A stretch of DNA of 60,963 bases from an uncultured archaeon (GTDB taxonomy: Archaea > Asgardarchaeota > Lokiarchaeia > Sigyniarchaeales > SOKP01), in NCBI GenBank assembly GCA_964493385.1, contig CAZBNW010000005.1, positions 1 through 60,963 of the forward strand. The letters are read 5' to 3'. The notes under the pieces are model-generated. The model was given only the letters and a program-made list of their open reading frames with translations. It ran no database searches and was not told the origin of the DNA. The first letter of the stretch is position 1. Every line of letters starts with the position of its first letter. This document shows, in pieces, positions 41,206 to 50,550 of this stretch. The position numbers were made by a program, and so were the translations under genes.

Positions 41206-42330
41206 ATGCCAAGTTTAATATCACTTTTAACCCGTAGAATAAAAAATTCTTGTGCAGTTTGGGAAATTACTTTAAAATGTAATAGCAAATGCATTCATTG
41301 TGGGTCCAGAGCGGGTAGCGCGCGTTCAGATGAGTTAAATACTGAGGAAGCGTTAAAGTTAGTAAAAGAGTTCCATTCATGTGGCTATAAAGGTGTCGCA
41401 TTAATGGGTGGAGAACCTCTAATTAGAGAAGACTGGTTTGAAATTGCGAAAGAAGTTAAGAAATATAAAATGGACTTATCAATCGTTACTAACGGATTAA
41501 ATGTTGTTAACCATATTCAAAAATTGAAAAAGTTAGATGTAGATTGCGTATCTTTAAGCTTAGACGGGGGGATTCCAGAAACACATGATTATCTTAGAGG
41601 AATTAAAGGAGCATATGATAAAACTATAAATGCTATGAAGACATTAAAAAAAGAAAAACTTCCTGTCTCAATAATTACAGCTATTAGTAAAAGAAACTTA
41701 AATGAAGTAGATTTAATTAAAAATTTGATTTTAGATCATAATGTTTCTTGGCAAATTCAATTAGCAGTCCCTATTGGACGTTTTCCTAAAGATTTAACTA
41801 TTTCAAGAGAAGAATATTATGTATTAGCAATGTTTATTTCAATCAGTGTTAAAAAATACTCCTATCGAAGACTCCCTGTAATAGGAGCACATTGCATTGG
41901 TCACTTTTCAAGGTTCATCCCAAATTTAGGGTTAGCGCCCTGGGTAGGATGTCAAGCAGGATATTCGGTGTTAGGTATTCAAAGCAATGGAAATATAAAA
42001 GGATGTTTAACTCTTCCAGATGAATTTATCGAAGGAAATGTAAGAACTCAAAGTTTAAAGGAAATTGTATCAAATCCTCACGCTTTTGCATATAATCGAA
42101 GCTTTAAAAAAGAGAATCTAATTGGTTATTGCAGAAATTGTGATATGGCAAACGAATGTAGAGGAGGATGTCTAGGTACTGGTTATGCAATTAATTCCCA
42201 TGATTCCCCCTATTGCTTACGAGCAATAGAAAATACGCGCTTTAATTCACAAATATTTAATATTAAAGGAAAAATGGACTCAATTTTATCAAAATATAAA
42301 AATCTTTATTCTAAAATTCTAAATATTTAA
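41206..42330 (+). CDS. radical SAM enzyme with SPASM domain (peptide-maturase-like)
   Basis: 374 aa. CNSKCIHC (CxxxCxxC, nt 41278-41301), GGEPL, then SPASM cysteines GCQAG...NGNIKGC...CRNCDMANECRGGC. Confidence 0.9.
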   Translation: MPSLISLLTRRIKNSCAVWEITLKCNSKCIHCGSRAGSARSDELNTEEALKLVKEFHSCGYKGVALMGGEPLIREDWFEIAKEVKKYKMDLSIVTNGLNVVNHIQKLKKLDVDCVSLSLDGGIPETHDYLRGIKGAYDKTINAMKTLKKEKLPVSIITAISKRNLNEVDLIKNLILDHNVSWQIQLAVPIGRFPKDLTISREEYYVLAMFISISVKKYSYRRLPVIGAHCIGHFSRFIPNLGLAPWVGCQAGYSVLGIQSNGNIKGCLTLPDEFIEGNVRTQSLKEIVSNPHAFAYNRSFKKENLIGYCRNCDMANECRGGCLGTGYAINSHDSPYCLRAIENTRFNSQIFNIKGKMDSILSKYKNLYSKILNI

Positions 42331-42365
42331 AATTTTAAATCAAAAATTTGGAGGAAATTTGTTAA

Positions 42366-42626
42366 ATGATCAGCAATATACTAAATATATATAAAATTGG
42401 AAAGGAACTAGGATTAAACAAAAAAGAGATAAATAGATTAGTATTTTTTAAAAATCACAAATATAGTCTATTACTTATAATCCTTACAATCATTACCTTC
42501 ACTTTTTTAGCATTAATTATAGCATTTTCTTATGTTCAAATTGATAGCAATACTTATCCGATAGGTACAAAATATTCAACAGTTAAAATAAAAGATTTTC
42601 GATTAAAAAGGAATAAAAGAGTATAA
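42366..42626 (+). CDS. small single-pass membrane peptide, paralog B (candidate precursor/substrate peptide)
   Basis: 86 aa. ATG preceded by GGAGG. Same N-terminal motif, TM helix and tail as the ORF at 39506. Confidence 0.6.
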   Translation: MISNILNIYKIGKELGLNKKEINRLVFFKNHKYSLLLIILTIITFTFLALIIAFSYVQIDSNTYPIGTKYSTVKIKDFRLKRNKRV

Positions 42627-42646
42627 TAATACTGTGAATTTACTTT

Positions 42647-43243
42647 TCAAGGCTTGAACCACTCAAAAAAATAATAGCTACAAGTAAGAGGATTTGCTAT
42701 TACGAATTTTTTCCTCACAGATGTAGCTAAACGACCGGCTCTTACCATATCGATAGCCGTAATTTCAGAATCATGAGGTAGAACATGAACCATAAAAAGG
42801 GAATGTTCGAGTCCGGGACCTTTTTTATAAACCACGAAATCTGCTCCAAATTTAAGCCCAGGTCTCGGAATGTACCCTTTCTTCCTTAAATCTTTATATA
42901 TAATATATTTTTCTTCAAATTTATGATGAATTTTTTTTGCTATCCCATGAAATTTCTTAGGATTTAAATTTATGTTCTCTTTTACGTCAAAAATAGTTAT
43001 ATCATCCCTTTCCAATAAGTAATAAGCTTCTATTAAAGATAATTCGCTTGGTTTGGAAAAATATTCTAAGCGTGGTTTACTAATTCCAAGTGGACTCCCG
43101 AAAAAGTTTTTTTTTACATAAAGGTAAGATGCATATAATGGATTGAAAACAATTACTCGATTATTTATAAATTTCGTAGGAATTTTATCCGGGACTTCGA
43201 TATCGTCAAGAGAGATTTGCTCATCCTTTACTTGATTCATCAT
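42647..43243 (-). CDS. endA: tRNA-splicing (intron) endonuclease
   Basis: 198 aa. YKDLRKKGYIPRPGLKFGADFVVYKKGP...H...RLATSVRKK matches the EndA catalytic domain (Tyr/His/Lys triad context). Confidence 0.85.
   Translation of the reverse strand: MMNQVKDEQISLDDIEVPDKIPTKFINNRVIVFNPLYASYLYVKKNFFGSPLGISKPRLEYFSKPSELSLIEAYYLLERDDITIFDVKENINLNPKKFHGIAKKIHHKFEEKYIIYKDLRKKGYIPRPGLKFGADFVVYKKGPGLEHSLFMVHVLPHDSEITAIDMVRAGRLATSVRKKFVIANPLTCSYYFFEWFKP
42649..42716. repeat. direct repeat copy 2 (68 bp; forms the real 3' end of endA)
   Basis: See copy 1. The two copies are offset by 3352 bp. Confidence 0.9.
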
Positions 43244-43363
43244 TAAAGAGTTATTAAAAATAACTTAATAAATCTTTCAATTTTACAGTGATTAGATGAA
43301 ATTATATAATTTTCAATATTAATAATTTTAATTATATAACTAAAAAATACTCGTGTAAAAAAA

Positions 43364-44248
43364 ATGGTCACTAGAAGGGCTGCTGTGGCTGGTAGCTTTT
43401 ATCCACGCTATAAACCAGATTTACTTAACATATTAAAGGAATCTTTTACCAATGATGAGTTCGGTCCTGGCGAAGAACCAAAAACTTTAAACCAAGAACA
43501 AAGATCAATTATTGGAGGTGTGTCTCCTCATGCGGGATATGTGTATTCTGGTTGCGCCGCAGCATTTACTTTTTTGAATTTATTTAAAGAAAAAATACCC
43601 GATACTGTTATAGTGTTAGGTACCGATCACATTGGTTATAGAAAAGTAGCTTTAATGGATGAGGGAGAATGGGAAACTCCTCTTGGAAATATAAGTATTG
43701 ATGAGGAATTATCTAAAAAGATATTAAATAACAGTGATATAATTATAAAAGATGAGTCCGCATTTATGGGTTTTCCTTTTGGAAGAGAACATAATATCGA
43801 AGTACAATTACCATTTATTAAATACTGCGCTCAAGAACAAAACGTTAAATTTATACCAATAAAAATCTCTATTAAAGATTATAATGTTATGAATGGATTA
43901 GCAAGTGATATCGCTCAAGCAATTGAATCATACGATAAAGATGTGGTTTTAGTTGCCTCTTCTGATATGACTCATAAAGAGGTGTATGATTCCAAGCAAT
44001 TAGAAAAATTCAAGGAAAGAGATCAACAAGTAATTGATGCTTTTGTAGAGCTTAATCCCGAAAAAACACTTGAAGCAGCTTCAAAAACAACTGTATGTGG
44101 CCCTCAAACTATAACTTCTTTAATGATGATATGTAATAATTTAAATGCAAATAAAGGGAAATTATTGAAATATTATACAAGTTCTGAAAAAACTGGAAGT
44201 ATTAGTGGATATTGTGTAGGATATTTTTCTGGAGTTTTAATGAAATAA
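43364..44248 (+). CDS. MEMO1-family protein (AmmeMemoRadiSam system protein B-like)
   Basis: 294 aa. RRAAVAGSFYP N-terminus, SPHAGYVYSG, GTDH and SSDMTH motifs of the Memo family. Confidence 0.85.
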   Translation: MVTRRAAVAGSFYPRYKPDLLNILKESFTNDEFGPGEEPKTLNQEQRSIIGGVSPHAGYVYSGCAAAFTFLNLFKEKIPDTVIVLGTDHIGYRKVALMDEGEWETPLGNISIDEELSKKILNNSDIIIKDESAFMGFPFGREHNIEVQLPFIKYCAQEQNVKFIPIKISIKDYNVMNGLASDIAQAIESYDKDVVLVASSDMTHKEVYDSKQLEKFKERDQQVIDAFVELNPEKTLEAASKTTVCGPQTITSLMMICNNLNANKGKLLKYYTSSEKTGSISGYCVGYFSGVLMK

Positions 44249-44298
44249 ATCAAGTTAAATATACAATAATTAGGATAGAAAAAAAGTTTTGAAGTAAA

Positions 44299-45423
44299 AT
44301 GCCGGAAGATAATGAAAAAGTTGAGGATTTCATTAGTTTATGGAGAAAAAAGATGGAAACTGAAATTACAAGACCAAGTGCCATTGGAGAGACTTTAGAA
44401 AGAATTCAAGAGGTAGAAAAAGAGAACGAAGAATTGAGAAAGAAAATTAAAGAGAATATAGAATTGTTTAGTAAAACAGAAGAAATCGTCAAGAACACTA
44501 TTGAAGAAAAGGAGAGATTAAAAGAACAACTAAAGCAAGCGGGAATGACTGGTGGGGTTGTAAGCGATGTTCAACAAGAAAATATGGAGCTTAATACTAA
44601 GATATTAAGCTTAGAAAAAAATCTAACTGAGAAAGAAATAGAATTAAGAGCAAGAAATAATGAAATAACTGATTTGAAGACAAAATTAGACATCGTTTCA
44701 AGAAATCAACAATCAGTAGATAAATTTGTCCCTGAAACAGATTCTACTGTAACAACAGCATTGATTGATAATTTACAATCTGAGTTATCCAAAAAAAAGA
44801 CTCAAATCGATGAGTTAGAAAATAGGATTAATGCTTTAACTGAGGAAAATGAAGCTTTAAATGAACAATTGGTAGAAAAGCTGAAAAAACTACCAATAGA
44901 TTATGTGGTACCTGTGGAGCAACCAAAATCATCAGTGATAAGACCTATACCAGTAAGACCCTCATCAGAAACACTAGAAATATTATGCCAAGATCTTCAA
45001 TCAGATTTAAACAAATATAAACGAATTGTGGAAAAGTTGAATAAAGAAAAATCTGAACTCCAGCAAGCTGTTGAAAAGGGAGGTTTCAAATTAGAACCCG
45101 ATGAGATAAAAGAGCTTAAAAGAGAAAATGAAGAACTTAAAACTGAATTATCAAAAATACAAGAATCTCTCATAATGAGAAAAGAGGAAGTTGTGCCTAC
45201 TACTCAAGTTGACGATTCAGAACAATTAATAACTGATCTTCAGGAACAATTAAAAGAAAAAGATCGTTTGATAATAGAATTAAAAACATTGCAAGAATCT
45301 CAACCAATAGTTCATGAAGGCCCAATGTCCGGTTTAATCCAAGATTTGCAGAGTAAAATACGTAAGTTAAAAATAACATTAGAGGAAAAGAATAAAATTA
45401 TTGAAGAATTAAAATCATCATAA
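44299..45423 (+). CDS. long coiled-coil protein
   Basis: 374 aa, E/K/L/Q-rich with heptad character throughout. No enzymatic motif. Confidence 0.55.
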   Translation: MPEDNEKVEDFISLWRKKMETEITRPSAIGETLERIQEVEKENEELRKKIKENIELFSKTEEIVKNTIEEKERLKEQLKQAGMTGGVVSDVQQENMELNTKILSLEKNLTEKEIELRARNNEITDLKTKLDIVSRNQQSVDKFVPETDSTVTTALIDNLQSELSKKKTQIDELENRINALTEENEALNEQLVEKLKKLPIDYVVPVEQPKSSVIRPIPVRPSSETLEILCQDLQSDLNKYKRIVEKLNKEKSELQQAVEKGGFKLEPDEIKELKRENEELKTELSKIQESLIMRKEEVVPTTQVDDSEQLITDLQEQLKEKDRLIIELKTLQESQPIVHEGPMSGLIQDLQSKIRKLKITLEEKNKIIEELKSS

Positions 45424-46407
45424 ATGAGTAGTCAAAACAAAAATCATACTTCCATTTTTTTTGCTGGACATTTTGCTATTGATACTATTATAAGATTTAA
45501 GCGAAAGAATAAGCCTAGTTTGGGTGGAAGTGTTTCATATTGTTCTTTAGCTTTAAGAACTTATACTCGAGAAGCTAACATAAGTATAGTTTCACATATA
45601 GGCAAATCAAATTTTGATGATTCTTTATTAAATTTGATAAAGAATAAAAAAATAGATTTGAAAGGTGTTGTATCTTCTGAAGTAAACAATACTAATTTCG
45701 TCTTAGATTATTATGATCATGCGAGAACTTTAACTCTGAAATCAAGAAGTCCTAGTCTTGATTTTAGGGATATCCCACAGGCGTATATAAATAATCCGCC
45801 TGATGTAATTGTATTAGTTCCATTATGTAATGAAATCTCTTATGAGTATGTATCGCAGATATTAAATAAATTTCCCAATGTATATATAGGGATTGATTTA
45901 CAAGGATTTATTAGAAAAATTGATGAGAATGGTAAAGTTTGCTATGTTTATGATGATAATATTATCTCAAATATGACAAAAATAATAGAATTAATCGGAG
46001 ATAAATTAATTCTCAAAGGATCTGAAGAAGAAATGAAGTTACTAGCATGTGAAAATGAAGACCTAACTAAAGTAATGATCCATTTTAATAGTTATAAGAT
46101 TAATGGAATTTTTATTATGACCCTTGGAGATAAGGGCTCAATGATTATTAAAAATGGAGAAGAAATTTTGAAAATTCCTGCATTTAAGCCCAGAAGAGTT
46201 GTTGATGAAACTGGTGCTGGTGATATATATTTTTCTATATTTCTTTATGAATTTATTCGATCTGATAAGTCGTGGCAAGCAGTTAAAAATGCTGCATATA
46301 TAGCATCTGCAGCTGCTTCATTTTTGATAGAAAAAAAAGGTCCAGCTGGTTTTGAAACAAAGAAAAAGGTAATAAAAAGAGTAAAAAGAGAGAGGTATAT
46401 CCTTTAA
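45424..46407 (+). CDS. PfkB-family carbohydrate/nucleoside kinase
   Basis: 327 aa. DETGAGD signature near the C-terminus. Start abuts the previous stop (TAAATG). Confidence 0.8.
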   Translation: MSSQNKNHTSIFFAGHFAIDTIIRFKRKNKPSLGGSVSYCSLALRTYTREANISIVSHIGKSNFDDSLLNLIKNKKIDLKGVVSSEVNNTNFVLDYYDHARTLTLKSRSPSLDFRDIPQAYINNPPDVIVLVPLCNEISYEYVSQILNKFPNVYIGIDLQGFIRKIDENGKVCYVYDDNIISNMTKIIELIGDKLILKGSEEEMKLLACENEDLTKVMIHFNSYKINGIFIMTLGDKGSMIIKNGEEILKIPAFKPRRVVDETGAGDIYFSIFLYEFIRSDKSWQAVKNAAYIASAAASFLIEKKGPAGFETKKKVIKRVKRERYIL

Positions 46408-46426
46408 TCAAAGCAGATTAATAACT

Positions 46427-47035
46427 ATGCACATTAATAGCCATTTAGCAGTTGGAGTAATTTTTACATCATTTCTACATTATTTTTTTAACTTCACATT
46501 GCTGGAATTTGTGCTTATTGTGTGTTTTTCATTTATTTGTGATTTCGACGTATTCTTTTCGAAATATGCTAAAGATAACAATCATAGACTGTTAATTAGC
46601 CACTCAATAATTCCAAGTATAATAGTAATTATCATTGGATATATTTTGAATTGGCCAGCATTAGTTATCGGTGGTTTTAGTTATGCTGTTCATATAACTA
46701 TTGATACTATAGATTGGGGGACAAATTTTTTTTATTTTCAAAAAAAACAAATCGGTTTTAAACTACTAATTTCAAAAGAGGAATATGAAAACTTACCTAA
46801 ATATTTAGCTAGATATAAAATACCAGCATCCTTTTTTGATGAGAAATATTATAACAATAAGGTTTGCTTAGCAACTGAAATTATTCTTTTTATTTTAATG
46901 ATAATATTTATTCTATTATTTGCCGTACAGTATTTATTTATGATTTTACTCTATTTTCTTGGTTTATATTTTCATTTACATCGTCATTTTACCCTAAAAA
47001 AGATTGAAGCAAATAACAAAAAATCTAACTTTTAA
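46427..47035 (+). CDS. integral membrane protein, possibly YdjM/DUF457-type metal-dependent hydrolase
   Basis: 202 aa, several TMs with conserved His positions (NSHLAVG, ISHSIIPS, VHITIDT). Weak assignment. Confidence 0.4.
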   Translation: MHINSHLAVGVIFTSFLHYFFNFTLLEFVLIVCFSFICDFDVFFSKYAKDNNHRLLISHSIIPSIIVIIIGYILNWPALVIGGFSYAVHITIDTIDWGTNFFYFQKKQIGFKLLISKEEYENLPKYLARYKIPASFFDEKYYNNKVCLATEIILFILMIIFILLFAVQYLFMILLYFLGLYFHLHRHFTLKKIEANNKKSNF

Positions 47036-47115
47036 TTAATAGGTAAAAGATTTTTGAAAGGCATTAAATTAGTTACTACAAATACATAAAAAAATCATCT
47101 TTGAATCTGATCTAA

Positions 47116-47634
47116 ATGGATGAAAATGAAATAAGGATATTCAATTGTGATTTAAATGATACTAATTTGTTCAACTGTATTCTTGAGGAACTGGGCGAAA
47201 AAGATCTTAACTCATTATCGATTGCCGCTCCAATAGTACACAATAAAACTTATTTTAATTGTATAAATGCTAGTTTAGTGACATGCTTAAGAAAAAATAG
47301 AGAGGAATTAGATTTTCATCAGGTACAATTACAAATAATAAGAAGTGAAAGTGGAGATTGGCTAATTAAACAAATAAATATTATTGTTGATAAACAAATT
47401 GCTGATGATTTGGTATATGAAAGAATTAATCAATGTCTAAAATTCGTTAAAAAGGGCTGTAGTATTGATGATTCTATCCAATTGTCTCTAGTTCATTCAG
47501 AAGTTAAGGAAGATCTTAAGCAGTATAAAGTTAAATTGCTTGAAATTAATCAATTCATTGAAGAAATTAAAGATGATAAAAGAAAAAAAGAGAAATTATT
47601 CTCGCTATTTAGAGATATGGTTTCTAATAAATAA
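47116..47634 (+). CDS. divergent OsmC-like paralog
   Basis: 172 aa. Collinear similarity to the next two genes (IRIFNCDLND / CINASLVTCLRKN / INQCLKFVKKGC). Confidence 0.45.
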   Translation: MDENEIRIFNCDLNDTNLFNCILEELGEKDLNSLSIAAPIVHNKTYFNCINASLVTCLRKNREELDFHQVQLQIIRSESGDWLIKQINIIVDKQIADDLVYERINQCLKFVKKGCSIDDSIQLSLVHSEVKEDLKQYKVKLLEINQFIEEIKDDKRKKEKLFSLFRDMVSNK

Positions 47635-47666
47635 AATTTTTATTATCCATAATTATTTTTAATTCG

Positions 47667-48143
47667 GTGATTTCTATTTCGAATGAAATAACAACAAAAG
47701 TTGGTATAAAATTGGGTGAATCTGAATCTCAAATGATCTTTAAATGCGATTTAGGAGATATGAAGGTTAAAGATTGTTATATTGATGAGGAACATCACGA
47801 AGAGGTTGATATGTTAGGACCTAATCCTGCCAGGTTGCTTGCCTTAGGTGTATTAGGATGTTTAAGTGCAAGTTTTATTTTCTGTTTAAAAAAAAGAAAT
47901 TTCACACTAGATGATTTTAAAGGTGAAGCGGAGGTTACTATTGCTAGAAATGAGAAGGGATTTTTGAGAATTAAAAAAATTGATGTCAACATTATCCCAA
48001 AAATAGAAGATCCCAATGCCATTAAAAGAGCAAGGCAATGTTTAAAACAAGTAAAAGATGGTAGTAGTTTTTTCGAGCAATATTGTATTGTAACGCAATC
48101 AGTTCGAGCCGGTATTGATGTAAATGTTAATATTAACCTGTAA
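47667..48143 (+). CDS. OsmC/Ohr-family protein
   Basis: 158 aa. GPNPARLLALGVLGCLSASF and FFEQYCIVTQSV resemble the two Cys-bearing OsmC motifs. GTG start. Confidence 0.6.
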   Translation: MISISNEITTKVGIKLGESESQMIFKCDLGDMKVKDCYIDEEHHEEVDMLGPNPARLLALGVLGCLSASFIFCLKKRNFTLDDFKGEAEVTIARNEKGFLRIKKIDVNIIPKIEDPNAIKRARQCLKQVKDGSSFFEQYCIVTQSVRAGIDVNVNINL

Positions 48144-48179
48144 TTTTATACTTTCCATAAAAATAAATAAAATTAATGA

Positions 48180-48623
48180 ATGAAGATGTCAGAACAATTA
48201 AAGACTAAAGTTGGTTTAAAACAAGAAGAAGAAATGATATTCAAATGCGATCTTGGACAGTTGAAGATTCAGAACTTATATATTGACGAAAAACATAAAC
48301 AAGAAACTGAAAGAATAGGTCCCTCCCCTGCAAAATTATTAGCCTTATCTGTTTTAGGTTGTTTAGCTGCAAGTTTTACATTTTGCTTACAAAAGAAGGA
48401 TTTCACATTATCTAATTTAGAAGGAAAAGCAGAAGTTACAATAGCTAGAAATGATAAAGGATTTTGGAGAGTTAAAAAAATAGATATTATTATAATCCCG
48501 AAGGTTGGCGATCCTAAAATGCGTAAAAGAGTAGACCAATGTAGAAAATTCTTCGAACAATATTGTATTATTTCAGAATCTGTGAGAAATGGGATTGATT
48601 TGAATGTTAATCTTGAATATTAA
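48180..48623 (+). CDS. OsmC/Ohr-family protein (tandem paralog)
   Basis: 147 aa. GPSPAKLLALSVLGCLAASF and FFEQYCIISESV. Confidence 0.6.
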   Translation: MKMSEQLKTKVGLKQEEEMIFKCDLGQLKIQNLYIDEKHKQETERIGPSPAKLLALSVLGCLAASFTFCLQKKDFTLSNLEGKAEVTIARNDKGFWRVKKIDIIIIPKVGDPKMRKRVDQCRKFFEQYCIISESVRNGIDLNVNLEY

Positions 48624-48672
48624 ATCTTTTTTTTAGTTTAAAAACTCAAAAGCAAATCCAAATTGCTACTTC

Positions 48673-49671
48673 TTAATCTTTTATACCATCCTCAGTAATA
48701 GAAAAGATTGCATCACTCTCGGGAATATGAGGAGCATCTACAACTTTTGCTATTCTTTGTTCTCCTTTTCCTTTTCTCAAGAAAATTCTAATTGTGGCGC
48801 CATGTGCGACAACGTGTCCTCCTGTATGTATCAAAGGATTACCATAAAATACATCTGGTCTAGCAGATACTTGGTTTGTAAAAACGACTGCCAACTCATC
48901 ATAGGTCTCGGTTAATCTTAATAAATCATGGATATGAGAATTAATAATTTGTTGGCGCGATGCTAGAGTCCCTCTTCCGATATATTCACTGCGAAAGTGT
49001 CCTATAAGGGAATCTACTACAATTAATTTAATATTTTTTTCTTTTATAATTTTTGGAGCTTCTTTAACTAATAAGATTTGATGATTACTGTTGTAAGCCC
49101 TTCCAACAGTAATATTTTTTAATACTATATTATGATCCAAATCTTTTGCAACAGCCATCTGTATTAATCTTTCAGGTCTAAAGGTTCCTTCAGTATCAAT
49201 GTATAACGCTCCACCTTCAAGGCCCCCTACTTCATAAGATAATTGTGCATTAACACACAACTGATGAGCTAATTGTGTTTTTCCGGTTCGATATTCTCCA
49301 AAAAGTTCTGTAACTGCTCCGGGTTCAATTCCCCCAATCAATAAATCATCTAAATTGTTACTACCTGTAGTTAATTTGTTTAAAGTCTTTCTTTTTTCCC
49401 ATATTTTATCAGCAGACTTGAATCCCATTTTTTCTATGTCTTGGGCGACCTTGATTATTTTTTCAGCCGTTTTTTCACCTATACCTGCTTCATCCATTAA
49501 TTTTTTCAATGGATACATAGCAAGAGTTCTAATAGACAAAATTCCTGCATCTATTAATTTTTTTACAGTTGCGTCACCGACACCCGGTAAATCTTTCAAA
49601 CTATAAGACGTTTCTGATTTAGGTACTTCTTTACCACGAGTATCATCAGATTCTGCTTTTTTTTTTGCCAT
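48673..49671 (-). CDS. radA: DNA repair and recombination protein RadA
   Basis: 332 aa. N-terminal helix-hairpin-helix (LPGVGDATVKKL), Walker A GEYRTGKTQ, Walker B LIVVDS. Confidence 0.95.
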   Translation of the reverse strand: MAKKKAESDDTRGKEVPKSETSYSLKDLPGVGDATVKKLIDAGILSIRTLAMYPLKKLMDEAGIGEKTAEKIIKVAQDIEKMGFKSADKIWEKRKTLNKLTTGSNNLDDLLIGGIEPGAVTELFGEYRTGKTQLAHQLCVNAQLSYEVGGLEGGALYIDTEGTFRPERLIQMAVAKDLDHNIVLKNITVGRAYNSNHQILLVKEAPKIIKEKNIKLIVVDSLIGHFRSEYIGRGTLASRQQIINSHIHDLLRLTETYDELAVVFTNQVSARPDVFYGNPLIHTGGHVVAHGATIRIFLRKGKGEQRIAKVVDAPHIPESDAIFSITEDGIKD

Positions 49672-49784
49672 TATATTATATTAAGTATAAATTTTTTAAA
49701 TGAATTCCCTATAAATTTGATCTTTAAATAAATATAAAAATAATAATAAAAAGTTAATAGAAGAATAAAAAAATTTAAGTTATT

Positions 49785-50444
49785 TTATTTTGTCTCTTTT
49801 CCACTTCGAGTTATTAAAAGCATAATTATAAATAAAATCACTGAAAATAGAAATGTTAATACCCCCAATGCTTCCGGAATCCATATGTAACTTAAATACA
49901 GAAAAGGGATAATGAATATAGCAACGAATAGAATTACAATAGGCAATGGGACCTCCTCATCTTTAACATCTAGGATTAAAGGAACGCTAATCAAAGATAT
50001 TAAGATCGTAGCAAGAATTTTGAAGCCTAAAGCCATTGATGGTTCTGCTAAATGTACATTAGGTAGCCAGAAAAACCAAAATTTTTGTGTAGGGAGTACT
50101 TGTAAAGCAAGATTAGTCTCTGGGATAATTGCACTAATAATCAATTGTATTAAAACTCCAAGAGCGAGGTACAATAGTATTTCATTTATTTCTTTTTCTT
50201 TTTTGCGATATACACTAATAGTATCGCGCAAAATTGTAGCAATCCATAATATGAAAAGAATTATAAATGCAAAAACTGGATCCCCTCCCATACCCCAATA
50301 ATAATTAACCGGTACTACAGCAACAATATAAGCTAAATAACCATACTTTTCATTACGACCAAATAAATCAAACACTAAAAAAATCGCAAAAATAATGAAT
50401 AAAGTTATCAAAATTATAATAAAGGGAATGTCATCAAATGCCAT
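49785..50444 (-). CDS. hypothetical polytopic membrane protein
   Basis: 219 aa with about 6 hydrophobic helices. No family recognised. Confidence 0.5.
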   Translation of the reverse strand: MAFDDIPFIIILITLFIIFAIFLVFDLFGRNEKYGYLAYIVAVVPVNYYWGMGGDPVFAFIILFILWIATILRDTISVYRKKEKEINEILLYLALGVLIQLIISAIIPETNLALQVLPTQKFWFFWLPNVHLAEPSMALGFKILATILISLISVPLILDVKDEEVPLPIVILFVAIFIIPFLYLSYIWIPEALGVLTFLFSVILFIIMLLITRSGKETK

Positions 50445-50550
50445 AATTATATCAACTTTTTTTTTTGGTGCTAAAGTTATTTTTATATTATTATATAATT
50501 AATTCTATTTATTTAAAATTATAATTCCATATTATACTTAAAATAATTTA

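Larger units (their letters stand above)
39365..42648. mobile_element. candidate integrated cassette (about 3.3 kb, four genes, no integrase) bounded by the endA 3'-end direct repeats
   Basis: Bracketed by 68-bp direct repeats that duplicate a gene 3' end, and lies between housekeeping genes (ATPase operon and endA). Mobility itself is inferred. Confidence 0.35.

Noticed and set aside
41206-44248. Linking the radical SAM gene (41206) with the MEMO-like gene (43364) as an AmmeMemoRadiSam system.
   Set aside because: The AmmeMemoRadiSam radical SAM partner is, as I recall, a PflA-like activase type without a SPASM domain. No AMMECR1 gene is present. The rSAM lies inside the repeat-bounded insert while the MEMO gene lies outside it, beyond endA, on a separate transcription unit.
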